Shown here in pieces: positions 49,701 through 59,900 of a stretch of DNA of 64,000 bases (within the stretch, counting starts at the first letter, position 1; each line of letters starts with the position of its first letter). Made by a program: the position numbers and the translations under genes. The stretch is from Candidatus Eiseniibacteriota bacterium. Its GTDB lineage: Bacteria; Eisenbacteria; RBG-16-71-46; CAIMUX01. The notes beneath the pieces are model-generated. The model had not been told where the DNA came from. It ran no database searches and was given only the letters and a program-made list of their open reading frames with translations. Location of the stretch: NCBI GenBank assembly GCA_046327845.1, contig JAXLXQ010000009.1:25932-89931 (forward strand), read 5' to 3'.

Positions 49701-50334
49701 GCGGGTGCTGGAGGCGATCTGGCCGGAAGCCCCAGGCGATTCGGTGGAGAAGACCTTTCACTCGACGCTCGCCATCCTGCGTCGCGTCTTTCCACGCGAG
49801 GGAGCGGAGCCGTGGGCCGCGGTGGTGCAGGGCGGCGGCTGCTACCACCTCGAACTGGACGGGGCGGTCGAGCTCGACTGCGAGGAGTTCGATCGCGCGC
49901 ACCGCGAGGCGCTGCAATCGGAGAGCCGCGGCAACGGCTTCTTCGCCGTCTCGCACTATCGGCGAATGGCCGAGCTGTATCGCGGCGACTTCATGGAAGA
50001 CTCCTACCTCTCCTGGACCGATCGCCATCGCGAGCATTACCGCCAGGCGTACGCGGGTGCGCTCTGGCGCCTGGGCGTGCTCACACTGGGGGCGTGGCGA
50101 CCGGAGGAGGCGCTCGACGCCGCGCATCGCCTCCTCGCGATCGACAGCCTCGATGAACGCGCGCATCGGCTGGCAATGCACGCCCACGTCGCGTTGGGCC
50201 AGCGGCGCGCGGCGATCGAGCAGTACAAGCGTTGCGCCGAGGCGATGAAGTCGGAGCTGCAGGCGGCTCCCGACCCCGAGACGCTCGACCTGGCGCGCCG
50301 CATCAAGGCAGGGCATCCGCTCCCTCCGCTCTGA
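46720..50334 (+). CDS. STAND-type regulator: N-terminal AAA/P-loop NTPase + long TPR region + C-terminal OmpR-type winged-helix and BTAD domains (reverse of the usual SARP/AfsR domain order)
   Basis: GTG 46720 lies 3 nt after the FHIPEP stop (TGA 46714-46716). Walker A WISGAAGAGKTSLLRAL. C-terminus …VHCFGPLRVITSDGREIAPGDWGSNKARAIFAFLLLQRGQSGGVPKERVLEAIWPE… (trans_reg_C-like), then the BTAD-like …ALWRLGVLTLGAWRPEEALDAAHRLLAIDSLDERAHRLAMHAHVALGQRRAAIEQYKRCAEAMKSELQAAPDPETLDLARRI. 1204 aa with no frame break. Confidence 0.8.
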   Translation: MAFAPRPELPWSPVSARARAEAGARFDDALRRAADRRAGCLWISGAAGAGKTSLLRALAREAEEKGALLLSGLVPPAESDELNWAGIFADARPSIPLASVIASLDRVSSERLRDFVPWLPVAEEKPGKRGSLDAVQLRNSLTSALARLLERLAQRLPVLLFLDELERASAAVATQLGTLLHYLGNSSFLLVVATEPGGAATEELRRSLIQRNRLVEFALEPLGREDIEEALRGAVEPDSLAKLAAWLTASTGGNPTFVRESLQALVDGGTLMWESGPDRWILRRDLAQANVPASLEEMLRLRLGALPPAQFALLRGLGALGGEADSRLLAGFLAQDHAPVRASLELLSAGGLVELNLTSTAARAAEAPLECRLRPTWLADLAFAMDDPESRRATRRRAAEYWGSLESLDGPTRLSRRAWSLDRVDDVAAGERWRAHGDAALAAVQSHRYSVARAHLEAAFVLSDADPSMGDEEPARLLDLCEAAGGVYFVTGPLPRGRELLDRASVLIAEHPKIVSKSRQSELHVQRGRLATRQGRYVDARADFARAVELLGKGAAARDRAFLQFHEANAIYRSGDPAAALALLTPALKVLDAPVSRLQHCRARTLEGILAWAQGRPEDALAIYRATSRALAAWGRHPLEEVLATCEALALADLSRFAEQRLALERGLAATREWGVLWSEAVLLGIWAAMEQSLGEDTEAIRLHQADLALRRTLMDPRGSLFPRDGLSACYGRAGDLDEALALIDEVIDDATKLGVENLMPEFHATRARILLSLGRSEEAMAAANRGLEGARRFQKRAAEAALHDVYATILRDLGLVKEAAAAIDEALAITAGGPVARAGFLVTQATILLAGGESPSAPTKQAGGARGKKRGGAAPASSTGRDAGDRLERARSLAEQALEIFESVGAPKRAVRAREQLIRAGVFPPESTVSSLLLPRTEGQPAAHTRVHCFGPLRVITSDGREIAPGDWGSNKARAIFAFLLLQRGQSGGVPKERVLEAIWPEAPGDSVEKTFHSTLAILRRVFPREGAEPWAAVVQGGGCYHLELDGAVELDCEEFDRAHREALQSESRGNGFFAVSHYRRMAELYRGDFMEDSYLSWTDRHREHYRQAYAGALWRLGVLTLGAWRPEEALDAAHRLLAIDSLDERAHRLAMHAHVALGQRRAAIEQYKRCAEAMKSELQAAPDPETLDLARRIKAGHPLPPL

Positions 50335-50515
50335 TTGCCCGCGCGGGTGAATCACTTCACATGCGCCGCTAAGAAAACGCGTCGCCTCCATTCAGGTGCT
50401 AGGCGCGAGCGCTCCGTTCGTGCAAAATCGCCCGCACTTTCTCAGGTCATGTCAGGGCTGCATCCTGAGGGGGAGACCTGAGGCGAGGATCACCCGTAAC
50501 TCGACTGGAGGAGAC

Positions 50516-51751
50516 ATGTCGTTGAATCGCGCCCTTGCCGCCGTGTCCGCAGTAACGCTGTCCGCCATGGCCGCGTCGATCGTCAGCGCCGCGCCACAGC
50601 CCACCGCCGACGCGCTGCAACCGAGTGACGAGATCACCGCGCGTAACTGCGCCACCCCCGAAGACTCGCCCGAGCAGATGCAGCTGATCCAGGCCGAGGT
50701 CGATCGCTACATCGCCGAGCATGGCGCGCAGATCTTGGCGACCGGCGGCCAGATCAAGGTGGCGTGGCATGTCATCTCGAACGGTTCGACCGGCAACATC
50801 CCGCAGTCGCAGATCGACGCGTCGATCGCCGAGCTCAACAAGGCCTACGCCGGCTTCTACGGCGGCGTGAACACCGGCTACACCTTCGTGCTCGCTTCGG
50901 TCGATCGCACCAGCAACCGCCGTTGGTTCGCCATGACCCCGGGCTCGAGCGCCGAGTCGCAGGCGAAGAACTCCCTCGGACTCGACCCGATTCATCGCCT
51001 CAACATCTACTCCGCCTCGCCCGGACAGGGCCTGCTCGGCTGGGCCACCTTCCCGTGGTCGTATGCCGAGAGCAGCAAGATGCACGGCGTCGTGATCCAC
51101 TACGCGTCGGTGCCGGGCGGAGCGCTCGCGCCATTCAACCTCGGCGGGACCGCCGACCACGAGGTGGGTCACTACCTTGGCCTCTACCACACCTTCCAGG
51201 GTGGCTGTGCCGGTTCGGGCGACTCGGTGGCGGACACCCCGGCCGAGGGCACGGCGACCTCGGGTTGCCCGAGCGGCAAGGACACCTGTGCGGGCGGCGG
51301 GCTCGACCCGATTCACAACTACATGGACTACAGCGATGACGCCTGCTACTCCGAGTTCACCTCGGGCCAGGACGCGCGCATGGACACGATGGTGCCGACC
51401 TATCGGCCCAACCTGCTGAACGCCGCCTTCTCGCCCAGCAATCCGGCCGGCGACCTGTCGAGCAACTTCGGTCAGAGCATCGGCGCCACCCCGCCGATGT
51501 TCGTCGGTGCCAGCCCGAATCCGTTCCGTGGATCGACCGACATCCGCTTCTCGCTCCCGCTCGACGGGCGCGCGACCCTGAACGTCTACAACGCCGGCGG
51601 CCAGCTGGTGCGGAGCCTGGTCGATCAGGATCTGACGGCCGGGACGCACACGGTCGCGATGACCGCGGGCGACCTTCCGTCCGGCGTCTACTTCGCCAAC
51701 CTGCGGGTGGGCGGGCAGTCGATCACCCGGACCGTCGTGCTCAGCCGCTAG
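50516..51751 (+). CDS. secreted M43 (pappalysin/ulilysin-like) zinc metalloprotease with T9SS C-terminal sorting domain
   Basis: ATG 50516 with GGAGGAG RBS and signal peptide MSLNRALAAVSAVTLSAMAASIVSA. Zinc site HEVGHYLGLYHTF (HExxHxxGxxH). CTD …SPNPFRGSTDIRFSLPLDGRATLNVYNAGGQLVRSLVD…GVYFANLRVGGQSITRTVVLSR. The track ORF 50396..51751 is extended at the N-terminus. Confidence 0.8.
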   Translation: MSLNRALAAVSAVTLSAMAASIVSAAPQPTADALQPSDEITARNCATPEDSPEQMQLIQAEVDRYIAEHGAQILATGGQIKVAWHVISNGSTGNIPQSQIDASIAELNKAYAGFYGGVNTGYTFVLASVDRTSNRRWFAMTPGSSAESQAKNSLGLDPIHRLNIYSASPGQGLLGWATFPWSYAESSKMHGVVIHYASVPGGALAPFNLGGTADHEVGHYLGLYHTFQGGCAGSGDSVADTPAEGTATSGCPSGKDTCAGGGLDPIHNYMDYSDDACYSEFTSGQDARMDTMVPTYRPNLLNAAFSPSNPAGDLSSNFGQSIGATPPMFVGASPNPFRGSTDIRFSLPLDGRATLNVYNAGGQLVRSLVDQDLTAGTHTVAMTAGDLPSGVYFANLRVGGQSITRTVVLSR

Positions 51752-51772
51752 TCTCTTTCACTCTCGGATCAC

Positions 51773-51805
51773 GACCCGCCCCGCTTCGGTGGGGCGGGTT
51801 TTTCT
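51773..51805 (+). terminator. intrinsic terminator: stem ccgcccc-gcttcggt-ggggcgg followed by GTTTTTCT
   Basis: A classic GC-rich hairpin plus T-tract, 22 nt after the protease stop. Confidence 0.7.
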
Positions 51806-52110
51806 ATGCCCGGAATTTTCCTCGTCCGTTTTGGGAATTCTTTTGGTGCCGCCTGGGATGCTCCTCCTGTCGCGGCAAGGGGGCCAGGGTCCGGCGACCC
51901 GGGCTCCGAGCGGCGACTGGCAGGTGGATGCAAGGGAGCGGGAACGGGTCGTCCAAAGGCCTCGAGGGGAGTTGCGGCCCCTCAGGGATCCGAAGGGGGA
52001 CAACGACGCGGGTCTGCTCCCCGCACCTTTCCCGGCCGAGGCCGGGGTTCGAGAGAAGCGTCGGGAACGTCTCGCCCGGCGCTTCTTCTTTGCCTAGAAT
52101 CCGCCTCCCG

Positions 52111-54114
52111 ATGGCCACGCAGGAGGACAGACCGATTGATCCGGGCGATCTGCGCGCGCAGCTCGCCCTGGTCACTCGCGACCGCTTCGAGATCCAGCGC
52201 GAATTGGGGCGCGGCGGGATGGGCGCGGTCTTTCTCGCCCGCCAGCTGCAGCTCGATCGACCGGTCGCGATCAAGGTGCTTTATCCGCACCAGGCGGGCG
52301 ACTCGGGCCTCCGCCAGCGTTTCCTCCGCGAGGCGCGCACCCAGAGCCGGCTCGATCACCCGAACATCGTTCCGATCATCGACGTCGCCGAAGAAGGCGG
52401 GCTGTCCTACTTCGTCATGGCCTTCGTCGACGGGCCGACACTCCGTCGCAAGCTGGAAGAGACGCCGCGTCCTGAACTCGGCTTCGTCACGCGCGTGCTC
52501 CGCGAGGTGGGCGAGGCGCTGGCCTATGCGCATCGCGTCGGCGTGATCCATCGCGACGTGAAGCCGGAGAACATCCTGATCGAGCCGGGGAGCGGGCGCG
52601 CGCTCATCACCGACTTCGGCATCGCGCGCCTGTTCGAGGGGAGCGGCGCCACCCTCACCGCGACCTTCACCACCTTGGGGTCGCCGCGCTACATGGCGCC
52701 GGAGCAGGCCGAGAGCGCGCCCGACCTGGACGGCCGAAGCGACCAGTACGCCCTTGGCCTGATTGGCTACGAGATGCTGGCGGGGAAGCCGGCCTTCGGC
52801 GCGGTCAATCCGGCCGAGCTTCTCTATCAGCACAAATACACCGAGGCGGAAAGCCTCGACGGGCTGCGTCGCGACGCGCCGATCGCGCTGCGGGCCGCGA
52901 TCCATCGCGCGATTCGGAAGTCGCGCGACGAGCGCTTCCCCACGCTCGATGACTTCGCCCGCGCGCTCGAGGCGCCGGTTCCCACGGTCGTGCCGCGCGC
53001 GGCGGCCAAGGCGGATCGACTGCTGCGAGGGATCGGCATCGCGGCGGGGGTGGTGGTGGTCGGCGCCGTCGCGCTCTTCCTCACTCGACCGAAGCCGAAG
53101 CCACCGTCCCCCACGACCGTCCCCACCACCGTGCGGGTGGATCGTGACAGCACCGTCGCGCCGGCACGTCCGCGAGGGGGACGCGTGCCCACCGCGCAGT
53201 TCTTCGGCCCAACCGCGGTGCGCGTGGCGGATCCCGCCTCCTTCGACGCGTCGAGCTCCGATGATCCGGAGGATGGGTCCTACGGCCTCGAGGTGCGCTG
53301 GGACTTCGATCAGGACGGGCGCTTCGATACGCCGTGGAGCGGGCAGAAGCGCGCGACCTATCGCTACACGCGGGCCGGAAGCTACGACGCGCTGCTCGAG
53401 GTGCGCGACTCCGGCGGCCAGGTCGATCGCATCACCCATCCGATCGTGGTGAGCGACGCGCCGAGCGCGAGCCCGACCGTCGCGGGCGAGTCTTCCCCGA
53501 CCGCGCGGCTCGAGGTGGCACCCGATCACGGACCCCGTGGCACCCAGTTCCGCTTCGATGCGTCCGGTTCGAGCGACGACGTCGACCTGCCGAACGACCT
53601 CGAGGTGCGCTGGGACCTGGACGGCGATGGGAGCTACGAGCGCGACTGGTCGCGCGAGAAGGTGATGATCCAAGCATTCGATCGCTTCGGCTCCCATCGC
53701 GTTCGGATCGAGGTGCGGGATCGCGAGGGGCGGGTCGGAAGCGCCGTGGCCAACATCTCGGTCGACACGCCGACCGATCCCAACGAGCTGATCGCGCTCC
53801 TGCTCCAAACCTTTCGCGTGGCGGTGGAGTCGGAGGACTTCCTCACTCTGGGCCGGGAGGTCTACCAGTCAGACGTGCCGCCGGAGGATCGTGAGCTCCT
53901 GAAGCGCATCTTCGACAAGGCGGAGAAGGTCACGCTCGATCCCCGGGAGCCCAAGATCGAGATCGGGCGCGCCGAGGAGACGATGGAGTCACGCTGTCGG
54001 CTGCGCTTCCGCCTGACTGCCTCGGGTGAGCCGGGTGACTTGAAGCTCCGCCTCACGTTCGGGCACGCGTCGGGTCGCGCCGACTGGAAGCTCCTTCGGA
54101 TCGAACGCGACTGA
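52111..54114 (+). CDS. transmembrane Ser/Thr protein kinase with extracytoplasmic PKD-like repeat domains
   Basis: ATG 52111 (MATQEDRPIDPGDLRAQLALVTRDRFEIQRELGRGGMGAVFLA…). Motifs HRDVKPENILI, DFGIARL and GSPRYMAPEQ. TM segment IGIAAGVVVVGAVALFLT. Two PKD-like repeats (…RWDFDQDGRFD… and …RWDLDGDGSYE…). The track ORF 51928..54114 is extended at the N-terminus. Confidence 0.8.
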   Translation: MATQEDRPIDPGDLRAQLALVTRDRFEIQRELGRGGMGAVFLARQLQLDRPVAIKVLYPHQAGDSGLRQRFLREARTQSRLDHPNIVPIIDVAEEGGLSYFVMAFVDGPTLRRKLEETPRPELGFVTRVLREVGEALAYAHRVGVIHRDVKPENILIEPGSGRALITDFGIARLFEGSGATLTATFTTLGSPRYMAPEQAESAPDLDGRSDQYALGLIGYEMLAGKPAFGAVNPAELLYQHKYTEAESLDGLRRDAPIALRAAIHRAIRKSRDERFPTLDDFARALEAPVPTVVPRAAAKADRLLRGIGIAAGVVVVGAVALFLTRPKPKPPSPTTVPTTVRVDRDSTVAPARPRGGRVPTAQFFGPTAVRVADPASFDASSSDDPEDGSYGLEVRWDFDQDGRFDTPWSGQKRATYRYTRAGSYDALLEVRDSGGQVDRITHPIVVSDAPSASPTVAGESSPTARLEVAPDHGPRGTQFRFDASGSSDDVDLPNDLEVRWDLDGDGSYERDWSREKVMIQAFDRFGSHRVRIEVRDREGRVGSAVANISVDTPTDPNELIALLLQTFRVAVESEDFLTLGREVYQSDVPPEDRELLKRIFDKAEKVTLDPREPKIEIGRAEETMESRCRLRFRLTASGEPGDLKLRLTFGHASGRADWKLLRIERD

Positions 54115-54118
54115 CCCG

Positions 54119-54763
54119 CTACTGCAGCACCATCAGGTCCAACCCAACGGTGGTGATGAGGTCGTGCTGCTTCCGCGCCTCGAAGCGGTCGTTCGCCTGA
54201 TAGGTCGAGATGACGTCGCGCGCGTCGCCGCGGAGGTAGACGCCGCGCGCGACGCCGTAGCGAAGTCCGAGCCCGACGACGAAGCCGAGGTCGCTCGTGT
54301 TGTCCTTGAGTTCGGGATCGTCGAAGAAATCGCCTTGGTGCTGGACCATGGCGCCCCCGAGCGTCAGGTACATGGCGACCGGTTCGAGCGGCGGCTTGTA
54401 GAAGGCCCAAAGCACGTTCGCGCTAGTGATGCGGAGTTGGCCCTTGCGCGTCACCTCGGCCGCGGCCAGTGCGGGGAGCTTCGCGTAGTACTCGATGCCG
54501 GCGCCGCTCACCATCGCCTCCACCTCGATCGCGGTTCGGGCGCTCGCCCAAAGGGTGACGCGGCCGCCGCCCGCGAAACCGCTCTTGTGGCCGAAGCGCA
54601 CGAAGCCGTCGGGCGCGCCGTCCGCCATCAGGGTGCTGCCGGCGGCGTATCCTCCGATCGATCCGCCGATGCTCATTCGCAGGCTCTGCGCCTCGGCTCG
54701 GGGCGCGGCCAGGAGGAGCGTCGTCGCGGCGACCGCGGCGGCAAAGCGAGAGAGCCCCGGCAT
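54119..54763 (-). CDS. outer-membrane beta-barrel protein (OmpA-N-like/porin-family small barrel)
   Basis: Start ATG 54763 (MPGLSRFAAAVAATTLLLAAPRAEAQ) with GGAGGA 5 nt upstream. Alternating hydrophobic beta-strands, and a C-terminal …TTVGLDLMVLQ typical of barrel closure. The start overlaps the upstream gene stop (TGATG). Confidence 0.65.
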   Translation of the reverse strand: MPGLSRFAAAVAATTLLLAAPRAEAQSLRMSIGGSIGGYAAGSTLMADGAPDGFVRFGHKSGFAGGGRVTLWASARTAIEVEAMVSGAGIEYYAKLPALAAAEVTRKGQLRITSANVLWAFYKPPLEPVAMYLTLGGAMVQHQGDFFDDPELKDNTSDLGFVVGLGLRYGVARGVYLRGDARDVISTYQANDRFEARKQHDLITTVGLDLMVLQ

Positions 54764-56115
54764 CAGTCCTCCCATCGCGCGAAGTAAGACGAGGGAGCTC
54801 CGCCGGCGGTGATGAATGCGCCCGCGACGTAGAGCTTGCCGTTCAGACTCAGCATCCACCAAGGCATGGTCTCGGCCAGGCCGGAGAGGCCGCTGCCGAA
54901 GGGGAGCCAACGGGTGCCGTTCCACCGCGCGATGTGCGAGACTTGCTCGGTGCCGGCCACCGTGAACTTGCCGCACGCTACGACGTCGCCGTTATACAGC
55001 GTGACCGCGGTTACCCAATCGGAGAGCCCCTCGCCGAAGCCGCGCCAGGTCACGCCGTCCCACCGCGCGATGCGATTCACCGTGGCGCCGTTGGCGGTGA
55101 GGAAGAAGCCGCCGACCACCAGCTCGTCGTTCCAGACGGTCATCGCGTAGGCCGAGTTGTTGAGGCCGGGCAGGTAGGTCCAACGCGCCCCGTCGTAGGT
55201 GGCAAGGCTGCCTTGGAAGTTGCTTGCGTTGAGTGCGCCTCCCGCGATCAGTTGGCCGCGCCAGATCGCGAGCGCGTAGACGTCGTCCTTGAAACCGGTG
55301 TGGACCGACCGCCAACGTGTGCCGTCCCACTTCGCCACGTAGTCGACGCTGTCCGCGCCGGTCATGGTGAACGGCCCGCCGGCGAAGAGGGTGTCGCGGA
55401 GCACCGCGAAGGCGTAGGGCGCGACGTTGAATCCGTCCCCCATCGCGCTCCAGGAGGCGCCGTCCCATCGGGCAATGCGCGTGGCTGACACGCCCCCCGC
55501 CTGGGTGAAGCTCCCGCTGGCGATCAGATCATTGTGGTAGGCGCCGAGCGCGATCACCCCGCTGTTCATGCCCGATCCGAGAGGGGACCAGGCGCTGCCG
55601 TCCCAGCTCGCGATGTGGTTGGCCGCGATGCCGCCTGCCTCGGTGAACGCGCCGCCCACGATGATCGATCCGTTCCACTCACCGACGATGACCGACTGAT
55701 CGTTCAACCCGAGACCGTTCGGGGGAGGAGCGAAGCCGCTCCACCAACCAGCCGCCAGCACATCGACGCCGACGGTGGCGGTGCCGGTCGCGCCGCCAAC
55801 CAACTCGGCCTCGACCCGGACCGTCTTGTTGCCGGCAGTGGCGAAGCGGTGGGTGATCGATTTTTGGATCGACCAATCGGTGTCCCAAGCGCCGTCGTTC
55901 TCGAAGTCCCAGCGCACTCGGACGACGGAGTCGGCGTGGTCGGCGCCGCTCCCCGCCTTGCACTCGAAGTCGGTTCCGGTCGAACCGGCGCGGGGCGAGA
56001 CGTCGACGGCGAAGGGGAAGGTGGGTGCGGTGGTTTCGTCGGCGCAGGCCGCGAGCGCGAGCGATCCCAGCGCGGCGATCGCGAGCCGATGGAGTTGCCG
56101 AGGACTGGTTTGCAT
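54763..56115 (-). CDS. lipoprotein with N-terminal PKD-like domain and repeated ~45-aa (…IARWDG..W…) beta-propeller-like repeats
   Basis: Lipoprotein signal MQTSPRQLHRLAIAALGSLALAACADE. PKD-like …VRVRWDFENDGAWDTDWS…. At least seven repeats contain AxWDG/xxW. Confidence 0.65.
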   Translation of the reverse strand: MQTSPRQLHRLAIAALGSLALAACADETTAPTFPFAVDVSPRAGSTGTDFECKAGSGADHADSVVRVRWDFENDGAWDTDWSIQKSITHRFATAGNKTVRVEAELVGGATGTATVGVDVLAAGWWSGFAPPPNGLGLNDQSVIVGEWNGSIIVGGAFTEAGGIAANHIASWDGSAWSPLGSGMNSGVIALGAYHNDLIASGSFTQAGGVSATRIARWDGASWSAMGDGFNVAPYAFAVLRDTLFAGGPFTMTGADSVDYVAKWDGTRWRSVHTGFKDDVYALAIWRGQLIAGGALNASNFQGSLATYDGARWTYLPGLNNSAYAMTVWNDELVVGGFFLTANGATVNRIARWDGVTWRGFGEGLSDWVTAVTLYNGDVVACGKFTVAGTEQVSHIARWNGTRWLPFGSGLSGLAETMPWWMLSLNGKLYVAGAFITAGGAPSSYFARWED

Positions 56116-56247
56116 CCGGGTGAGTCTGCCCGATCTCGCCTTCCGTGGGGAGCGGAATCTGGGTCCTGGGTTCGACGCGGCCTTGCTAAACTGGGTCGCT
56201 CATTCAGTGCGCCGCTGGAGTACGCGCGCGATGCTGCGGAGGATGCG

Positions 56248-56688
56248 ATGGAAGTGGTTCAGGTCGACGAGGAGGGGCGCCTTCTCCTCTCTTCCGACAT
56301 CGATGATTGGGCCGAGCTGGAGCGACGTGCGGTTTCGGTCATCGTCGATCTCGACCACACCCTCGACGCGGTTCCGTCGGATCCGGATCGTTTCCTCTAT
56401 ATCTACTATCCCTTCGAGGACCGCACGCTCCCGGACCTCGAAAAGCTGCACGCGGTCGCGCGGATGGCGGCGGCGCTGACCGCGCACGAGCGGGTGCTGG
56501 TCCACTGTCGGATGGGATACAACCGCTCGGCGTTGGTAGTCGGGATCGCCTTGACCTACCTCGGATGGTCCGGTGCTGAGGCCCTTTCCCACCTTCGAAG
56601 TATTCGGCCAGGCGCTCTCTTCAACGAGGTGTTCGCCGACTATCTGGAAGTGCTTCCCGCGATCGAAGTGCGCCGGGAAGTGGACTGA
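56248..56688 (+). CDS. dual-specificity/tyrosine protein phosphatase-like protein (CX5R P-loop)
   Basis: VLVHCRMGYNRSALVVGIALTYL (HCxxGxxRS). GGAGGA lies 6 nt upstream of ATG 56248. The track ORF 55534..56688 has an antisense-like N-terminal extension. Confidence 0.7.
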   Translation: MEVVQVDEEGRLLLSSDIDDWAELERRAVSVIVDLDHTLDAVPSDPDRFLYIYYPFEDRTLPDLEKLHAVARMAAALTAHERVLVHCRMGYNRSALVVGIALTYLGWSGAEALSHLRSIRPGALFNEVFADYLEVLPAIEVRREVD

Positions 56689-56901
56689 GCGGGCAATTCG
56701 CGATTGCCGTTCACGCGAACGGGCGCCTACACTCTTCCGACGGGAATCTGACGCGGCCCCCAACGCGTCTCGTTGGTCCCCCCTTCCTTGGGCCTCGGCC
56801 ATCACTCGCGCGTGAGGGTGGGTGCGTCTCCACCCCATCTCACGCCGAGTCGATGTGCCCCCTTACACCCGGCGCCTGACACGTAACGGAGGACCGATAC
56901 C

Positions 56902-59900
56902 ATGCGTCTCCGCGTTTCCTTCAGTGTCGGAATCACGGTTCTGGAAGTCTGCTTGGTAGCGAGCGCGACCGCCGCAACGCTGCCGGTTGTCGGATCCTGC
57001 CTGACGCAGGGCGATCTGCCCGGCCGCACGCCGCTCGAAGGGTCGCGCTCCGACACGGTGAGCTTCGGCTACTACACGATGATCGCGGGGCAGGCCTATG
57101 CGGTCGTGGGGGAGACCTGGACCTTCGATCACGACGCACCCGACCCGGCCGAGGGGTGGACCGCTCAGTCGCAATCGAACGGGGGCGATCAGCCCTTCCG
57201 TCGCATCGACGCCGCGACCTGGGCCGGCCACGGCAACAACGTGCCTGCCCCGATCATCGCCGGGAACGGCAGCGCGTGGCTCGGCAAGTTCGATAGCGAG
57301 GCCGACGCCTCTTGCTACGCCTCGGGGCTCGGCTACGGGAACCACTGGTGCCAGACCCTCGCCTCGCCGGTCGTGCAGTACGGCGGGACCGGATCGGTCG
57401 ACATCTCCTTCCGCTACTTCACCGACAGCGAGGAAGGATTCGACTACAGCCATGTGAAGCTGGTCTTCGACGCGACTCACGAGATCGCGTTGAGCGGACC
57501 GGACGGATGGTCGGGCCAGATCGGCAATCCCGCCGTCGCCGACTATCCGACCTTCACGCGGATCGTGAACGAGTCGGAGCTTGCCGGCTTCTCGAGCTTC
57601 CAAGTGGTGTTCCAGTTCGTCAGCGACGGCGGCTACTCCGACGAGGATGGGCACTCCGACAGCCAGTACGGTCCGCTCGGCGTCGATGAGGTGGTGATCG
57701 GGGGATCGTTCGTGGGCGGTCCGTTAGCCTACGGCTTCGAGAGTGACCTCGATGGCTGGAGCACCGCGACCTGCGGAGTGGTGCCGCCAAACTTCGGCAT
57801 CGCGCACATCAGCAACTACGCCATCCTAGATCCCTGCGGCTGCAAGCTCTCCGGCTATGTGATGGAGTTCCACGATGCGAACTTCCAACACCCGAACGGG
57901 CAGTACGAGATTGCCGCCTCCTCCTTCGTAAATCGTGGCGCGCTTGGACCGGTGTACAACTCGATCTCGGCCGAATTTGACATGTACGCCGAGATGCCGC
58001 AGGCCAACGGCGTCTTCTACCGACCGGGTTGGTATCACTATCCCTACGTCTGCCCGCAGTCGGGCGCTAGCATCTGGTCGCCGCGCGAGGGTCGGTCCAC
58101 CTACCAATACATCGGGATCGATCCGGTCTGCTTCCATCAGCGGGATGAAGCGACGTCCAATGGAGTGCCGGGCGACGCGTCGCTCTATCGCTTCGCGATG
58201 GAGGTCGCCTCCGATTGCGAGGCCTTCGGAATTCCACCGACCCTCTGCACCGGCATCACCAACTTCACGCCGATCTTCGACAATCTCGAGGTCGACGTGA
58301 CCCACTTCGCGGTCGCTCCCATCGTCCGCTTCGAGACCGGCGGGAAATTCATCGATGGCTGGGGTCAGGGTTTGTTCAACTCGACCACCAGCGCCGGCAA
58401 CGCGGACGTGGAGTACGACCTTCATCGCGACCTGCCCTTGCCGGATCTGCTGGGTGACTCGCTCACGATTACCGGGCCGATCGTCACCTCCTCGACCCGC
58501 TGGGAGGCGAAGATGTGGTGGCGCATCCGTCGCGAAGGCCCGGGCAGCGCCTCGATCGTCGGGTACACCCCGTGGAAGAACGCGGTGGCGGACGGTAGAT
58601 CGATCGTGGGGGCCAACGGTCAATTCACCTACGGTTGGATGGACTCCATGCAGGCCCTCGCCCAGCCGCCCGCGAAGCACCGATTCATCTCCGAGTTCCG
58701 TGAGGACGATGACGACTTCGCCGGTGAGAACACCCCGAACAACGAGATGATCCGAGACGGCATTCTCGGCCCCGGCACGCAGATTCAGTACTTCATCACC
58801 GCGAACTACACCTGCACACCGAGCGAGTTGTACTACCTGCCGGACACCTCGGGCGGGAACTTCGAGGACTTCGAGATCCTCCCGAGCTACCGCATGGACG
58901 CGGGGGTCGCGCGGTTCCCATGTCTCCTCTTTATCAACGCGGCGAACTCACGCTACGTCATCGACCACGCGCTCAACGTCGTGTTGAATGGCGCTGGCCC
59001 CACCGATCCGATCCCGAATCCGACCCGCTGGGATCGACTCGACTACGGTGGTTGCAGTTGTTGGAATGCTCCGTTCGCGCGGTCCACAGGCGGCAACAAC
59101 GGCGCGACCCTCGCCCAGCTGCTGGAGTATCGCGGGATATTCCTGGACCTGGGAACGGACGGCGCGTACTCGGCCGAGGAGCAAGATTTCCAGATGCTGG
59201 GTGATTGGGTCACCAGCCAGTTCTGTCCCGCCGGCAGCGAACGCCAAGGCCTGATCGTCACCGGAGAGGGCCTCGATGTTTCCAGTGCGGTCATGCTCAG
59301 TTTTTCGCACAACGTGATGGGAGCGGATCCGGTCTGCGACAACTACTCACAGGGCGGGTGTGGTCCGACGCCAGCCGACGATAGTCGCTGTGTCCGCATC
59401 GAGGACGCGGCGGGAGGATCATATCCTTCGAGCCTTGCCGGTCAGGGAGGATCGGACTACGCCTATGACGCTTGGGGCAACTTCTGTCCCGAGGGCTTCC
59501 CCTTCAGCGTGCTTGCTCCGGCCGCCGGCGGCGTGGGCAATCGCGCCTACTACGATCACGACGGTACCGGTGTCCGCACCAACTACTCGCAGGTGACGAA
59601 GTCGGTCACTGCCGCCAACGGCGCGAACTATCGCAGCGTGCTCGACGGCGTGAGCTGGCACCACCTCTCCGATCGCGATCCGGTCGAGGAATGCGTGAGC
59701 GACGAGGTGCACATGGTGACCGCCGCGGCCAATGAACTGAAAGCCGCGCTGAGCTGGATCTACAACGGCGCGCTGCCCGGGCTCTGCAGCGGCGGATGCT
59801 CGAGTGGCTTTTCCGACGCGGAGTCGCCCGACGCGCGCTCGATCGCGAAGCTCGAGATCTTGGGTGTGTCGCCCAATCCGTTCCGTGGCGTGGGGTCGCT

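Noticed and set aside
51982-53808. 608-aa minus-strand ORF
   Set aside because: Antisense to the TM kinase gene.
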